A stretch of 64,000 bases of DNA, taken from NCBI RefSeq assembly GCF_044647545.1, contig NZ_CP172818.1. One strand, given 5' to 3'. The position numbers and the translations under genes are program-made. The notes beneath the pieces were generated by a model, which saw nothing but the letters and a program-made list of their open reading frames with translations, had not been told where the DNA came from and made no database searches. Source of the DNA: Escherichia coli (GTDB lineage: Bacteria; Pseudomonadota; Gammaproteobacteria; Enterobacterales; Enterobacteriaceae). Every line of letters begins with the position of its first letter. Position 1 is the stretch's first letter. Shown here piece by piece: positions 11,348 through 23,920 of the stretch.

Positions 11348-11662
11348 ATGATTACAGTAATCGCAGAAATCCGTACTCGTCCTGGTCAACATCACCGTCA
11401 GGCAGTGTTGGATCAGTTTGCTAAAATCGTTCCAACCGTACTGAAAGAAGAAGGTTGCCACGGCTATGCGCCAATGGTGGATTGCGCTGCTGGCGTGAGT
11501 TTCCAGTCTATGGCACCGGATTCTATCGTGATGATTGAGCAGTGGGAAAGCATCGCGCATCTTGAAGCGCATCTGCAAACCCCGCACATGAAAGCATATA
11601 GCGAAGCCGTAAAAGGTGACGTGCTGGAGATGAATATTCGTATCCTGCAGCCGGGGCTTTAA
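11348..11662 (+). CDS. ygiN: ABM-domain quinol monooxygenase
   Basis: 104-aa ORF 30 bp downstream of mdaB, preceded by aggag SD. Confidence 0.9.
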   Translation: MITVIAEIRTRPGQHHRQAVLDQFAKIVPTVLKEEGCHGYAPMVDCAAGVSFQSMAPDSIVMIEQWESIAHLEAHLQTPHMKAYSEAVKGDVLEMNIRILQPGL

Positions 11663-11709
11663 TCCTGCCTTGTTTGCCCGGCCATCCTGACCGGGCAATG
11701 TTCTTTCCT

Positions 11710-13605
<1,896 letters not shown>

Positions 13606-13630
13606 TTAAGTTAGCAATTCGAGTTGATCG

Positions 13631-14212
13631 TCAGAGATGGTGCAGACCAAGAAAATCGACGATCGGGTTGAAATAATCTTCGAAGCCCGTGAATGCGTGG
13701 TTGCCGCCTTCTATGACAGTCTGGCGGCAGGAAGCGTAGTACGCCACCGCCTGGCGGTAATCCAGCACTTCATCTCCCGTCTGTTGCAGCAGCCAGATCA
13801 AATCCGGCGCTTCCAGCGGGTCAATCTGCATGACTTTGAGATCGTAAATATGGCGTGACTCTAGCACATATTGCTGCCCGGTGTAGGGGTTCTCGTTCTG
13901 ACCGAGATAGTCCGTTAGCAGTTCAAACGGGCGCACCGCCGGGTTGACCACCACTGCGGGCAACATAAAACATTGCGACAACCAGGTGGCGTAATATCCC
14001 CCCAGTGACGAACCGACAATACCCAGCGAATCGCCGCCATGTTCCAGGACAATGGATTCCAGCAGTTCTGCCGCATCGGAAGGATACGGCGGCAACTGCG
14101 GAATGATCATCTCTACGTCAGGGTGATGTTCCGCCAACCAGTTTTTTAACAAGCTCGCTTTTGCAGAGCGCGGCGAGCTGTTGAAACCGTGTAAATAAAG
14201 AAGCGTAGACAT
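13631..14212 (-). CDS. yqiA: Esterase YqiA (alpha/beta hydrolase)
   Basis: 193-aa ORF; matches YqiA. Confidence 0.88.
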   Translation of the reverse strand: MSTLLYLHGFNSSPRSAKASLLKNWLAEHHPDVEMIIPQLPPYPSDAAELLESIVLEHGGDSLGIVGSSLGGYYATWLSQCFMLPAVVVNPAVRPFELLTDYLGQNENPYTGQQYVLESRHIYDLKVMQIDPLEAPDLIWLLQQTGDEVLDYRQAVAYYASCRQTVIEGGNHAFTGFEDYFNPIVDFLGLHHL

Positions 14213-15039
14213 CAGTAGCCTTCTGAAGCGGTATCAGGTTGGAAACGTGTGTCCGCCAGGCGATGCACCTCGGTGGTCAGCGTGCCATCAGCATGTAACT
14301 CGAGAGTACGCCAGCCGGGCGCGATGGTGTCCAGCGTAAAGTTGGAACAGTGCGGCTTAAACTGCACACAGGTCGACGGCGTTGCCAGCAGGCGGCGACC
14401 GTTCCAGTCGAGATCCAGCTCCTGATGAATATGACCGCACAGCAAGTATTTGACGTGCGGAAACTTCGCCAGCACGGTATCCAGTTCGCCCGCGTTACGC
14501 AGGCTGTGTTGATCAAGCCAACTACAACCCGCAGGTAGCGGATGATGATGCAGCAGCAGCAACGTATGGCGTTCTGGCGCATCGGCCAGTTTACGTTCCA
14601 GCCACTCAAGCTGAAACTCGCTCAGCTCACCGTGCGGCACGCCAAACACCTGGCTATCCAGCAACAGGATTTGCCATTGCTCACCAATAAACACGCGCTT
14701 CGCCGGGGAGATACCCGCATCCTGTAACGCGCTGTACATCGCGGGCTGGAAATCGTGGTTGCCCGGCAGCCAGACGCAGGGCGCACGAAAACTTGCGATG
14801 CCTTCAGCGAAATGCTGATAGGCCGCAGAGGATTGATCCTGCGCTAAATCACCTGTCGCGACAATCAGGTCGAATTCGTGCTGGTGTGGCCGAATCGCCT
14901 CCAGCACCGCCTGGTAGCTTTCCCAGGTGTTTACCCCTAACAGGGCTTCGTGCTTTTGTGCAAACAGGTGAGTGTCGGTAATTTGTAAAATCCTGACTCT
15001 GGCCTCACCAGCCAGAGGAAGGGTTAACAGGCTTTCCAA
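14212..15039 (-). CDS. cpdA: 3',5'-cyclic AMP phosphodiesterase
   Basis: 275 aa; calcineurin-like metallophosphoesterase motifs (GDLAQD, GNHD); stop overlaps yqiA start. Confidence 0.92.
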   Translation of the reverse strand: MESLLTLPLAGEARVRILQITDTHLFAQKHEALLGVNTWESYQAVLEAIRPHQHEFDLIVATGDLAQDQSSAAYQHFAEGIASFRAPCVWLPGNHDFQPAMYSALQDAGISPAKRVFIGEQWQILLLDSQVFGVPHGELSEFQLEWLERKLADAPERHTLLLLHHHPLPAGCSWLDQHSLRNAGELDTVLAKFPHVKYLLCGHIHQELDLDWNGRRLLATPSTCVQFKPHCSNFTLDTIAPGWRTLELHADGTLTTEVHRLADTRFQPDTASEGY

Positions 15040-15063
15040 ATGGTGTCCTTAGGTTTCACGACG

Positions 15064-15486
15064 CTAATAAACCGGAATCGCCATCGCTCCATGTGCTAAA
15101 CAGTATCGCAACCAGTCCGCTAGAAACTGATTAATTTGATGCTTTTCGTCGCGTTGATGCAACTTTTTATTAGGATAATCATACCGCGCTTTGAAGCGAA
15201 AAATCTGCTGGCTTGAACACACTTCAGCCACCATCGCGTCATGATACAGACGCACCGTCATTGACGGAAGGCTCCAGTAACTGATCGCGGGCGCAGTCTG
15301 TTCTATTGTCACCAGGGTAGTGTATCGGGTCGATTCCACAATCGTCAGCCGATATTGTGCGTTTGCCACCTGATAGCTTACAGTTTCGCCGGGTGCGTCA
15401 TTGCGCGGTAACAAACGGCGCAATTGTGAAAAGTTCATCTCGCACAGGCGCATCATTTCAGGAAAGTCAGGTGTGTAACGCTTCAT
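15064..15486 (-). CDS. yqiB: DUF1249 family protein YqiB
   Basis: 140-aa ORF immediately downstream of nudF on the minus strand. Confidence 0.85.
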
Positions 15487-16116
15487 TTATGCCCACTCAT
15501 TTTTTAACGCTTGATGATGCAGCTGCAGCCATTGCAAAGCGATGACCGACGCTGCGTTGTCGATTTTCCCCTCTTCTACCCACTGGTATGCCTGTTCCCG
15601 GCTTACCACATGAACGCGAATATCTTCGTTTTCATCAGCCAGACCGTGAATACCGCTTGCGGTCGTGGCGTCCACTTCGCCCACCATAATTGACGAACGC
15701 TCACTGGTGCCCCCCGGGCTTGCCAGGAAACTTAACACCGGTTTGGTCCGTTTGACTATCAGCCCCGCCTCTTCAATCGCTTCGCGACGGGCAACATCTT
15801 CCACACTTTCACCCTCTTCAATCATCCCGGCAACCATCTCCAGTAGCCAGGGGGTTTCGCTAGTGTCGTACGCGGCAATTCGAATCTGCTCAATCAGCAC
15901 AACTTCATCACGCACTGGGTCAAAGGGTAGCAAGACTGCGGCGTGACCGCGCTCAAAAATTTCCCGCCGTACCTCATGACTCATTTGCCCGTTGAATAGA
16001 CGATGACGAAATCTATAAAGATCTAATGAAAAAAAGCCGCGATAAAGTGTTTCTCGTGCAATAATTTCTACATCGTTTTTGCCAAATGTAACGGGCAGGT
16101 TGTCTGGCTTAAGCAT
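15487..16116 (-). CDS. nudF: ADP-ribose pyrophosphatase (Nudix hydrolase)
   Basis: 209 aa; Nudix box region [22 protein letters not shown]. Confidence 0.92.
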
Positions 16117-16217
16117 TGTTAATGTCCTGGCACTAATAGTGAATTAAATGTGAATTTCAGCGACGTTTGACTGCCGTTTGAGCAGTCATGTGTTAAATTG
16201 AGGCACATTAACGCCCT

Positions 16218-16240
16218 ATGGCACGTAACGCCAACCTTTT
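16218..16240 (+). promoter_or_regulatory. Putative MarA/SoxS/Rob box in the tolC promoter region
   Basis: atggcacgtaacgccaacctttt resembles the marbox consensus (GCAC...AAA spacing) about 80 bp upstream of the tolC ATG; tolC is a known mar/sox/rob regulon member. Confidence 0.45.
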
Positions 16241-16320
16241 GCGGTAGCGGCTTCTGCTAGAATCCGCAATAATTTTACAGTTTGATCGCGCTAAATACTG
16301 CTTCACCACAAGGAATGCAA

Positions 16321-17802
16321 ATGAAGAAATTGCTCCCCATTCTTATCGGCCTGAGCCTTTCTGGTTTCAGTTCGTTGAGCCAGGCCGAGAACCTGATGCA
16401 AGTTTATCAGCAAGCACGCCTTAGTAACCCGGAATTGCGTAAGTCTGCCGCCGATCGTGATGCTGCCTTTGAAAAAATTAATGAAGCGCGCAGTCCATTA
16501 CTGCCACAGCTAGGTTTAGGTGCAGATTACACCTATAGCAACGGCTACCGCGACGCGAACGGCATCAACTCTAACGCGACCAGTGCGTCCCTGCAGTTAA
16601 CTCAATCCATTTTTGATATGTCGAAATGGCGTGCGTTAACGCTGCAGGAAAAAGCAGCTGGGATTCAGGACGTCACGTATCAGACCGATCAACAAACCTT
16701 GATCCTCAACACCGCGACCGCTTATTTCAACGTGTTGAATGCTATTGACGTTCTTTCCTATACACAGGCGCAAAAAGAAGCGATCTACCGTCAATTGGAT
16801 CAAACCACCCAACGTTTTAACGTGGGCCTGGTAGCGATCACTGACGTGCAGAACGCCCGCGCACAGTACGATACCGTGCTGGCGAACGAAGTGACCGCAC
16901 GTAATAACCTTGATAACGCGGTAGAGCAGCTGCGCCAGATCACCGGTAACTACTATCCGGAACTGGCGGCGCTGAATGTCGAAAACTTTAAAACCGACAA
17001 ACCACAGCCAGTTAACGCGCTGCTGAAAGAAGCCGAAAAACGCAACCTGTCGCTGTTACAGGCACGCTTGAGCCAGGACCTGGCGCGCGAGCAAATTCGC
17101 CAGGCGCAGGATGGTCACTTACCGACTCTGGATTTAACGGCTTCTACCGGGATTTCTGACACCTCTTATAGCGGTTCGAAAACCCGTGGTGCCGCTGGTA
17201 CCCAGTATGACGACAGCAATATGGGCCAGAACAAAGTGGGCCTGAGCTTCTCGCTGCCGATTTATCAGGGCGGTATGGTTAATTCGCAGGTGAAACAGGC
17301 ACAGTACAACTTTGTCGGTGCCAGCGAGCAACTGGAAAGCGCGCACCGTAGCGTCGTGCAAACCGTGCGTTCTTCCTTCAACAACATTAATGCATCTATC
17401 AGTAGCATTAACGCCTACAAACAGGCCGTGGTTTCCGCCCAAAGCTCATTGGACGCGATGGAAGCGGGTTACTCGGTTGGTACGCGTACCATTGTTGATG
17501 TGTTGGATGCGACCACCACGCTGTACAACGCTAAGCAAGAGCTGGCAAATGCGCGTTATAACTACCTGATTAACCAGCTGAATATTAAGTCAGCTCTGGG
17601 TACGTTGAACGAGCAGGATCTGCTGGCACTGAACAATGCGCTGAGCAAACCGGTTTCCACTAATCCGGAAAACGTTGCCCCGCAAACGCCGGAACAGAAT
17701 GCTATTGCTGATGGTTATGCGCCTGATAGCCCGGCACCCGTCGTTCAGCAAACATCCGCACGCACTACCACCAGTAACGGCCATAACCCTTTCCGTAACT
17801 GA
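16321..17802 (+). CDS. tolC: Outer membrane efflux channel TolC
   Basis: 493 aa from ATG 16321 (signal peptide MKKLLPILIGLSLSGFSSLSQA); the 506-aa frame has 13 extra upstream codons. Confidence 0.95.
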   Translation: MKKLLPILIGLSLSGFSSLSQAENLMQVYQQARLSNPELRKSAADRDAAFEKINEARSPLLPQLGLGADYTYSNGYRDANGINSNATSASLQLTQSIFDMSKWRALTLQEKAAGIQDVTYQTDQQTLILNTATAYFNVLNAIDVLSYTQAQKEAIYRQLDQTTQRFNVGLVAITDVQNARAQYDTVLANEVTARNNLDNAVEQLRQITGNYYPELAALNVENFKTDKPQPVNALLKEAEKRNLSLLQARLSQDLAREQIRQAQDGHLPTLDLTASTGISDTSYSGSKTRGAAGTQYDDSNMGQNKVGLSFSLPIYQGGMVNSQVKQAQYNFVGASEQLESAHRSVVQTVRSSFNNINASISSINAYKQAVVSAQSSLDAMEAGYSVGTRTIVDVLDATTTLYNAKQELANARYNYLINQLNIKSALGTLNEQDLLALNNALSKPVSTNPENVAPQTPEQNAIADGYAPDSPAPVVQQTSARTTTSNGHNPFRN

Positions 17803-17949
17803 TGACGACGACGGGGCTTCGGCCCCGTCTGAACGTAAGGCAACGTAAAGATACGGGTTATCTGCCGCATTCCTCCCCCTTCTCGCTTCAATTTCGACCA
17901 GCCATCCTCTATTCTGATGGGTATTTACCACTGGTCCCGGAAGACAAAA

Positions 17950-18621
17950 ATGAAACGGACAAAATCCATACGCCACGCATCGTTCCGCAAAAACTGGAGC
18001 GCACGCCATCTGACACCAGTCGCTCTCGCGGTTGCCACTGTTTTTATGCTGGCGGGCTGTGAAAAGAGTGATGAAACAGTGTCTCTCTATCAAAATGCTG
18101 ACGACTGTTCAGCTGCAAACCCAGGCAAAAGCGCCGAATGTACCACCGCGTACAACAATGCGCTGAAAGAAGCCGAACGTACTGCGCCGAAATACGCCAC
18201 CCGTGAAGACTGTGTTGCTGAATTTGGTGAAGGTCAGTGCCAGCAGGCACCAGCCCAGGCTGGCATGGCACCAGAAAACCAGGCGCAGGCCCAGCAATCC
18301 AGCGGGAGTTTCTGGATGCCGCTGATGGCCGGTTACATGATGGGGCGTCTGATGGGCGGCGGCGCGGGATTTGCACAGCAGCCGCTGTTCTCCTCGAAAA
18401 ACCCGGCCAGCCCGGCTTACGGTAAATATACCGACGCGACCGGTAAAAACTATGGCGCAGCCCAGCCAGGCCGCACCATGACCGTACCGAAGACGGCAAT
18501 GGCACCAAAACCGGCGACCACCACCACCGTTACTCGTGGCGGTTTTGGTGAATCTGTTGCCAAACAAAGCACTATGCAGCGTAGCGCAACCGGCACCTCT
18601 TCTCGTTCAATGGGTGGCTGA
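17950..18621 (+). CDS. ygiB: DUF1190 family protein YgiB
   Basis: 223 aa from Met at 17950 ([12 protein letters not shown]...), lipobox-like LAGC; Gln/Ala/Gly-rich. Confidence 0.85.
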
Positions 18622-18626
18622 TACCG

Positions 18627-19787
18627 ATGGAAAGAGTCAGTATTACCGAGCGCCCGGACTGGCGCGAAAAAGCCCACGAATACGGTTTCAATTTTCACAC
18701 CATGTACGGCGAGCCGTACTGGTGTGAAGATGCTTACTACAAGTTGACCCTCGCTCAGGTTGAAAAGCTGGAAGAAGTCACCGCCGAACTGCACCAGATG
18801 TGCCTGAAAGTGGTGGAAAAAGTGATCGCCAGCGATGAGCTGATGACCAAATTCCGCATACCAAAACACACCTGGAGTTTTGTGCGCCAGTCATGGCTGA
18901 CGCACCAGCCATCGCTTTATTCGCGTCTTGATCTGGCGTGGGATGGCACTGGCGAACCTAAGCTTCTGGAAAATAACGCCGATACGCCAACGTCACTATA
19001 CGAGGCGGCGTTCTTTCAGTGGATCTGGCTGGAAGATCAGCTTAACGCCGGTAACTTGCCGGAGGGCAGCGACCAGTTTAACAGTTTGCAAGAAAAGCTG
19101 ATCGATCGCTTCGTTGAGCTGCGTGAACAGTATGGCTTCCAGTTGCTGCATCTCACCTGCTGTCGCGACACGGTGGAAGATCGCGGAACCATTCAGTATT
19201 TGCAGGACTGCGCGACGGAAGCTGAAATCGCTACCGAGTTCCTCTACATCGACGATATCGGGTTAGGTGAAAAAGGTCAGTTCACGGATTTACAGGATCA
19301 GGTGATTTCCAACCTGTTCAAGCTGTATCCGTGGGAATTTATGTTGCGTGAGATGTTCTCCACCAAGCTGGAGGATGCAGGCGTACGCTGGCTGGAACCG
19401 GCGTGGAAGAGCATTATCTCCAACAAAGCGCTTCTACCGCTACTGTGGGAGATGTTCCCGAATCACCCGAACCTGCTGCCCGCTTATTTTGCGGAAGATG
19501 ATCATCCGCAAATGGAAAAATATGTGGTTAAACCGATCTTCTCCCGTGAAGGCGCAAACGTGTCGATCATTGAGAACGGCAAAACCATTGAAGCAGCGGA
19601 AGGTCCGTATGGCGAAGAAGGGATGATTGTTCAGCAATTCCACCCGTTACCGAAATTCGGCGACAGCTATATGCTGATTGGTAGCTGGCTGGTGAACGAT
19701 CAACCTGCCGGAATTGGCATTCGTGAAGACCGTGCATTGATCACCCAGGATATGTCTCGGTTTTATCCGCATATTTTTGTTGAGTAA
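18627..19787 (+). CDS. ygiC: Glutathionylspermidine synthase-like ATP-grasp protein YgiC
   Basis: 386-aa ORF 6 bp after ygiB. Confidence 0.88.
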
Positions 19788-19802
19788 GCTATCCCCTTTT
19801 TT

Positions 19803-19957
19803 CTAACACCACAATACCCCCCCACCACAAAACAAAAAAAACAAAAAAAAAAAAAAAAAAAAAACAAAAAAAACAACCAAAAAAAAATAAACAAAACCAA
19901 AAAAACAAATCCCAATACCCGAGGCACTCGCCATCCGGTTTAAAAAAAAAAAAATTA
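19803..19957. repeat. Low-complexity A/C-rich tract containing an A22 homopolymer (19843-19864) and an A13 run (19942-19954)
   Basis: Between 19811 and 19910 the top strand is almost exclusively A and C; non-coding, sits between the convergent ygiC and ygiD stops. Confidence 0.9.
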
Positions 19958-20773
19958 TTAACCTATCTGCACCGACAGCATACTTAAACTGCCCATTTCT
20001 ATACCATCGACCGGAATGGTAATTGGCTCCTGCCCATCCCACGCACCTAAGACATACAACAACGGCAGATAGTGCTCTGGCGTTGGGTTCGATAACGCGC
20101 CACCTTCATGGTCGAGATAATTCACCAGAGGATGTTGTTCCACCGGCCCTTGCCACGTCAGATTCGCTTTCACATACTCATTAAACGACGTCGCCCACGG
20201 ATACGGTGAACTATCACCGTGCCACTTCACTGTACGCAGGTTATGCACCACGTTGCCACTGGCGACCAACATTATCCCTTCATCACGCAGCGCCGCGAGT
20301 TTGCGCCCCATTTCGAAATGCCAGGCGGCAGGTTTGCTACTGTCGATACTCAACTGCACCATCGGGATATCGGCGTCAGGATACATCTTAATCAGTACGC
20401 CCCACGAGCCGTGGTCGAAGCCCCAGGCTTCTTTATCCAGCGTCACAGGGACCGGCGCTAACAGCTCAACCAGATGCTGTGCCAGCGCAGGTGAACCCGG
20501 AGCAGGATAATGCGTATCGTACAGCGCCTGCGGGAAGCCACCAAAGTCATGAATCGTGGGCGGCGTCTCCATCGCGGTCACTCCTGTTCCACGGGTAAAC
20601 CAGTGAGCCGAAACCACCACTATTGCTTGCGGGCGTGGCAATGTCATCCCCAACGTCTGCCAGCTGCGGGTATACAAATTATCTTCCAGCACGTTCATCG
20701 GACTACCGTGACCTAAAAACAATGCTGGCATACGTGTTGAAGACATGATGATATCCTTAACTAAAGGTGTCAT
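19958..20773 (-). CDS. ygiD: Extradiol ring-cleavage dioxygenase (LigB/DOPA-dioxygenase family) YgiD
   Basis: 271-aa ORF; start uncertain (alternative Met codons at residues 10 and 15). Confidence 0.85.
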   Translation of the reverse strand: MTPLVKDIIMSSTRMPALFLGHGSPMNVLEDNLYTRSWQTLGMTLPRPQAIVVVSAHWFTRGTGVTAMETPPTIHDFGGFPQALYDTHYPAPGSPALAQHLVELLAPVPVTLDKEAWGFDHGSWGVLIKMYPDADIPMVQLSIDSSKPAAWHFEMGRKLAALRDEGIMLVASGNVVHNLRTVKWHGDSSPYPWATSFNEYVKANLTWQGPVEQHPLVNYLDHEGGALSNPTPEHYLPLLYVLGAWDGQEPITIPVDGIEMGSLSMLSVQIG

Positions 20774-20888
20774 TTTGATATCCTCACAATACGCTTGTTC
20801 GGCGGAGTAAGAACCCGGATAACAATGATGATGATCATCAGTTATTTTGACGATCTGCCTGAAGGTGAAGATTTATAAGGAGTTGTCG

Positions 20889-21662
20889 ATGTCAGTACCT
20901 CTCATTCTGACCATACTGGCGGGGGCAGCCACGTTTATTGGCGCGTTTCTCGGCGTTCTCGGGCAAAAACCCTCGAACCGCTTACTGGCGTTTTCGCTAG
21001 GATTTGCGGCGGGGATCATGTTGCTCATCTCATTAATGGAAATGCTTCCTGCCGCATTAGCCGCCGAAGGAATGTCACCTGTGTTGGGTTATGGAATGTT
21101 TATCTTCGGTCTGCTTGGCTATTTTGGCCTGGACCGCATGTTGCCACATGCGCATCCGCAGGATTTAATGCAAAAATCGGTGCAGCCGTTGCCAAAATCG
21201 ATCAAGCGCACAGCCATTCTGCTCACTCTCGGCATCAGTCTGCATAACTTCCCGGAAGGGATTGCCACCTTTGTCACGGCGAGCAGCAACCTAGAGCTGG
21301 GCTTTGGCATCGCACTGGCCGTTGCGTTACACAATATTCCTGAAGGTCTGGCGGTTGCAGGCCCGGTTTACGCGGCAACGGGGTCTAAACGCACCGCGAT
21401 TCTTTGGGCGGGGATTTCTGGACTGGCAGAAATTCTTGGTGGTGTGCTGGCGTGGTTAATCCTCGGTAGCATGATTTCCCCGGTGGTCATGGCGGCAATC
21501 ATGGCGGCGGTTGCAGGAATTATGGTAGCGCTCTCGGTTGATGAATTAATGCCGCTCGCCAAAGAGATTGACCCTAATAATAACCCCAGCTATGGCGTAC
21601 TATGTGGAATGTCAGTGATGGGATTCAGTTTAGTGCTGCTACAAACGGCGGGAATTGGTTAA
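20889..21662 (+). CDS. zupT: ZIP family zinc/divalent metal transporter ZupT
   Basis: 257 aa from ATG 20889 preceded by SD taaggag; multi-TM with HNxPEG motifs. Confidence 0.92.
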
Positions 21663-21719
21663 AAGCAACATCAGAAGTTGTCCAGCGCATGGACAACTTC
21701 TGCCAGCTTCACTAAAGCC

Positions 21720-21890
21720 TTATTCTACCTTTTCGGCTGTCTCTTCTCTCGTACTGTTTAAGTATTTGTTCCGCGCTTCAAGCAGTGCGTCTCTGTCCTG
21801 GCGAAACGCCCGACAATAACGTTTCAAATGCAGGAAATAACCCACAACAACAAGAGCAATCAATACAATCCAGTACCAGGCGATAAACAT
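21720..21890 (-). CDS. Hypothetical small single-pass membrane protein
   Basis: 56-aa product MFIAWYWIVLIALVVVGYFL... with one TM helix and a charged C-terminal tail; gggtaaaagg lies directly upstream of this Met; a longer 64-aa frame starts at 21914; may correspond to a K-12 small protein but I cannot name it confidently. Confidence 0.45.
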   Translation of the reverse strand: MFIAWYWIVLIALVVVGYFLHLKRYCRAFRQDRDALLEARNKYLNSTREETAEKVE

Positions 21891-22151
21891 CCTTTTACCC
21901 TTAATATTTAACAATACTAAACATTTAGCGCATAAATTTCACATATCCTTTTTCGGATATATTCATATGGTCGCATAATAACGGAACAATTATATGATTT
22001 TGATCATAATGAAAAAGAATGCCTGATATTAATGAAATTTTCTCATAGAAAGAGAAGCGGAATTAACATCTTGCATAGCAGGGAAAAATAAAAACCGAAG
22101 CCTGCTACAACTTCGGTTTCTTGATTAAGGCAGTAAATTAAGCAGCGGTTT

Positions 22152-22805
22152 TCAGCTGGCTTTACGCTCATGTGCCTGACGGTATGCCACCAGGTCTTCA
22201 ATAGTCACGAGCGCCATATTGTGTTTATTGGCAAACTCAATGCACTCTGGTGCACGCGCCATCGTGCCATCGTCATTAGTCAGCTCACACAGCACACCAG
22301 CCGGTTTAAAGCCTGCCAGCGTCATTAGATCAATAGTTGCTTCAGTATGGCCGCCACGCGTCAGTACTCCACCTGCCTGCGCGCGAAGTGGGAAAACGTG
22401 GCCCGGGCGATTCAGATCAGAAGGTTTTGCGTCATCGGCAATCGCTGCGCGAACGGTCGTAATACGGTCAGCGGCAGAAACACCGGTAGTCACACCTTCA
22501 GCCGCTTCAATGGTCACGGTAAAACCGGTGCCATAGGCGCTGGTGTTATTTTCTACCATCATTGGCAGATCGAGTTGTTTACGGCGATCTTCAGTAATGC
22601 ACAGGCAAACAATACCGCTACCGTGGCGAATGGTCAGCGCCATCTGCTCAACGGTCATGGTTTCTGCCGGGAAGATCATATCGCCTTCGTTTTCACGGTC
22701 TTCATCATCAAGCACCATTACACCGCGTCCTTCACGCAGCGCAGCCAGTGCATTTTCAACACGTTCGAAAGGCGTACCAAAAGAGGAAAGTAGCGTCTGA
22801 TTCAT
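22152..22805 (-). CDS. ribB: 3,4-dihydroxy-2-butanone 4-phosphate synthase
   Basis: 217-aa ORF; matches RibB. Confidence 0.95.
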   Translation of the reverse strand: MNQTLLSSFGTPFERVENALAALREGRGVMVLDDEDRENEGDMIFPAETMTVEQMALTIRHGSGIVCLCITEDRRKQLDLPMMVENNTSAYGTGFTVTIEAAEGVTTGVSAADRITTVRAAIADDAKPSDLNRPGHVFPLRAQAGGVLTRGGHTEATIDLMTLAGFKPAGVLCELTNDDGTMARAPECIEFANKHNMALVTIEDLVAYRQAHERKAS

Positions 22806-23060
22806 GGTAAAAAAACCTCACTAAAATTATGGTTACCAGAATCAGGGCAGTCTTAGGAGTGGCGGCATATAGCCAAAATAACGTGAGCGGGTCCATGCCC
22901 GACAGAATCGTTACTCTCTCCCATCCGGACTCTAACCGTCGGCCCCGGAATTACACCGGATCTGCTGTCCTTTGAGTTCGCACCCAAAGCGCTCGCGGGC
23001 TTTCAACTGAGTTGATTTACCGCCGGTGGGGAATTTCGCCCCGCCCTGAGAATAAGCGGA
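22806..23060 (-). promoter_or_regulatory. ribB leader containing FMN riboswitch (RFN element; sroG region)
   Basis: Minus-strand leader contains the conserved RFN segments ...agggcggggcgaaattccccaccggcggtaaa...agcccgcgagcg...ccgacggttagagtccggatgggagagagt... directly upstream of ribB. Confidence 0.7.
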
Positions 23061-23178
23061 TTCACTATAACGCTAATGATTAGCGGCAGCAACGCATAGC
23101 TTCACATAATTCTGGTTTATGACTTACCCTTATCGCACTACAATGGCACTCAACACCTATCAGTACAGGGAAACTACA

Positions 23179-23463
23179 ATGATTGACCCGAAAAAAATTG
23201 AGCAAATCGCTCGCCAGGTTCACGAATCAATGCCTAAAGGAATCAGGGAGTTCGGGGAAGATGTGGAGAAAAAAATCCGCCAAACCCTACAAGCGCAGCT
23301 GACGCGTCTCGATCTGGTAAGCCGCGAAGAATTCGACGTTCAGACGCAAGTCCTGTTACGGACTCGTGAAAAACTGGCGTTACTGGAGCAGCGCATCAGT
23401 GAACTGGATTTGAAAAAACCAACACAAAAACGGGCCAGACGGCCCGTAATATCAGTGTTCTAA
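23179..23463 (+). CDS. ubiK: Ubiquinone biosynthesis accessory factor UbiK (YqiC, BMFP coiled-coil family)
   Basis: 94-aa product from ATG 23179 ([16 protein letters not shown]...), SD caggga upstream; the 114-aa frame is an upstream extension. Confidence 0.8.
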
Positions 23464-23652
23464 TTCAAGTTCTCTGGTTTGCATCATTTGTTGGCAATAC
23501 CAGGCATAACGTGCGCAAAACCAGGTTCTATGTTCTTCATCCATGTTACCAGTAACGGCCAGAATATCGACCGGGCGACCTTCTGCGTGCATTCTGGCAA
23601 AACTACGCGCCAGGAAATCGAAATTATTTAAAGAATTAAGACTATGATCCAT
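23452..23652 (-). CDS. glgS: Surface composition regulator GlgS
   Basis: 66-aa product [57 protein letters not shown]...; 3' end overlaps the ubiK 3' end by 12 bp. Confidence 0.88.
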
Positions 23653-23920
23653 AAGCACATCCTCCGGTTATCGCATACCTTTTAAGGCCATATGCTTTTT
23701 CTGATTTCAGTATTCCCCAATCAGTGTAGTGCCTTTAAACATAACGTGCGTAAATATATTGTCCCCGATCACACTTTTTAGTGAAAAATAAAAAACCATA
23801 TTAAAAGACTTTCTCTTCCAGAACTTCTCTAACATGTGTTATTATTAACAAAGATAAATGTAAGCAAGGAAACTATCCTAAAGTAAATATTGCGTCACTA
23901 AATGGACATTGGAGTGACAT

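Noticed and set aside
16282-16320. Upstream ATG giving a 506-aa TolC
   Set aside because: The 13 extra codons precede the canonical signal peptide; the ATG at 16321 gives the expected 493-aa precursor
17810-17829. GC-rich hairpin gacggggcttcggccccgtc after the tolC stop as an intrinsic terminator
   Set aside because: Perfect stem but it is followed by gaacg rather than a T run; may be a stabilising 3' hairpin or Rho-dependent region instead
19803-20042. 79-aa minus-strand ORF with a poly-Phe run
   Set aside because: It is the translation of the poly-A tract and overlaps the ygiD 3' end out of frame; a low-complexity artefact, not a gene
23440-23470. IS element remnant at the ubiK-glgS junction
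   Set aside because: No transposase fragment or terminal inverted repeats are visible; the junction is a clean convergent gene overlap
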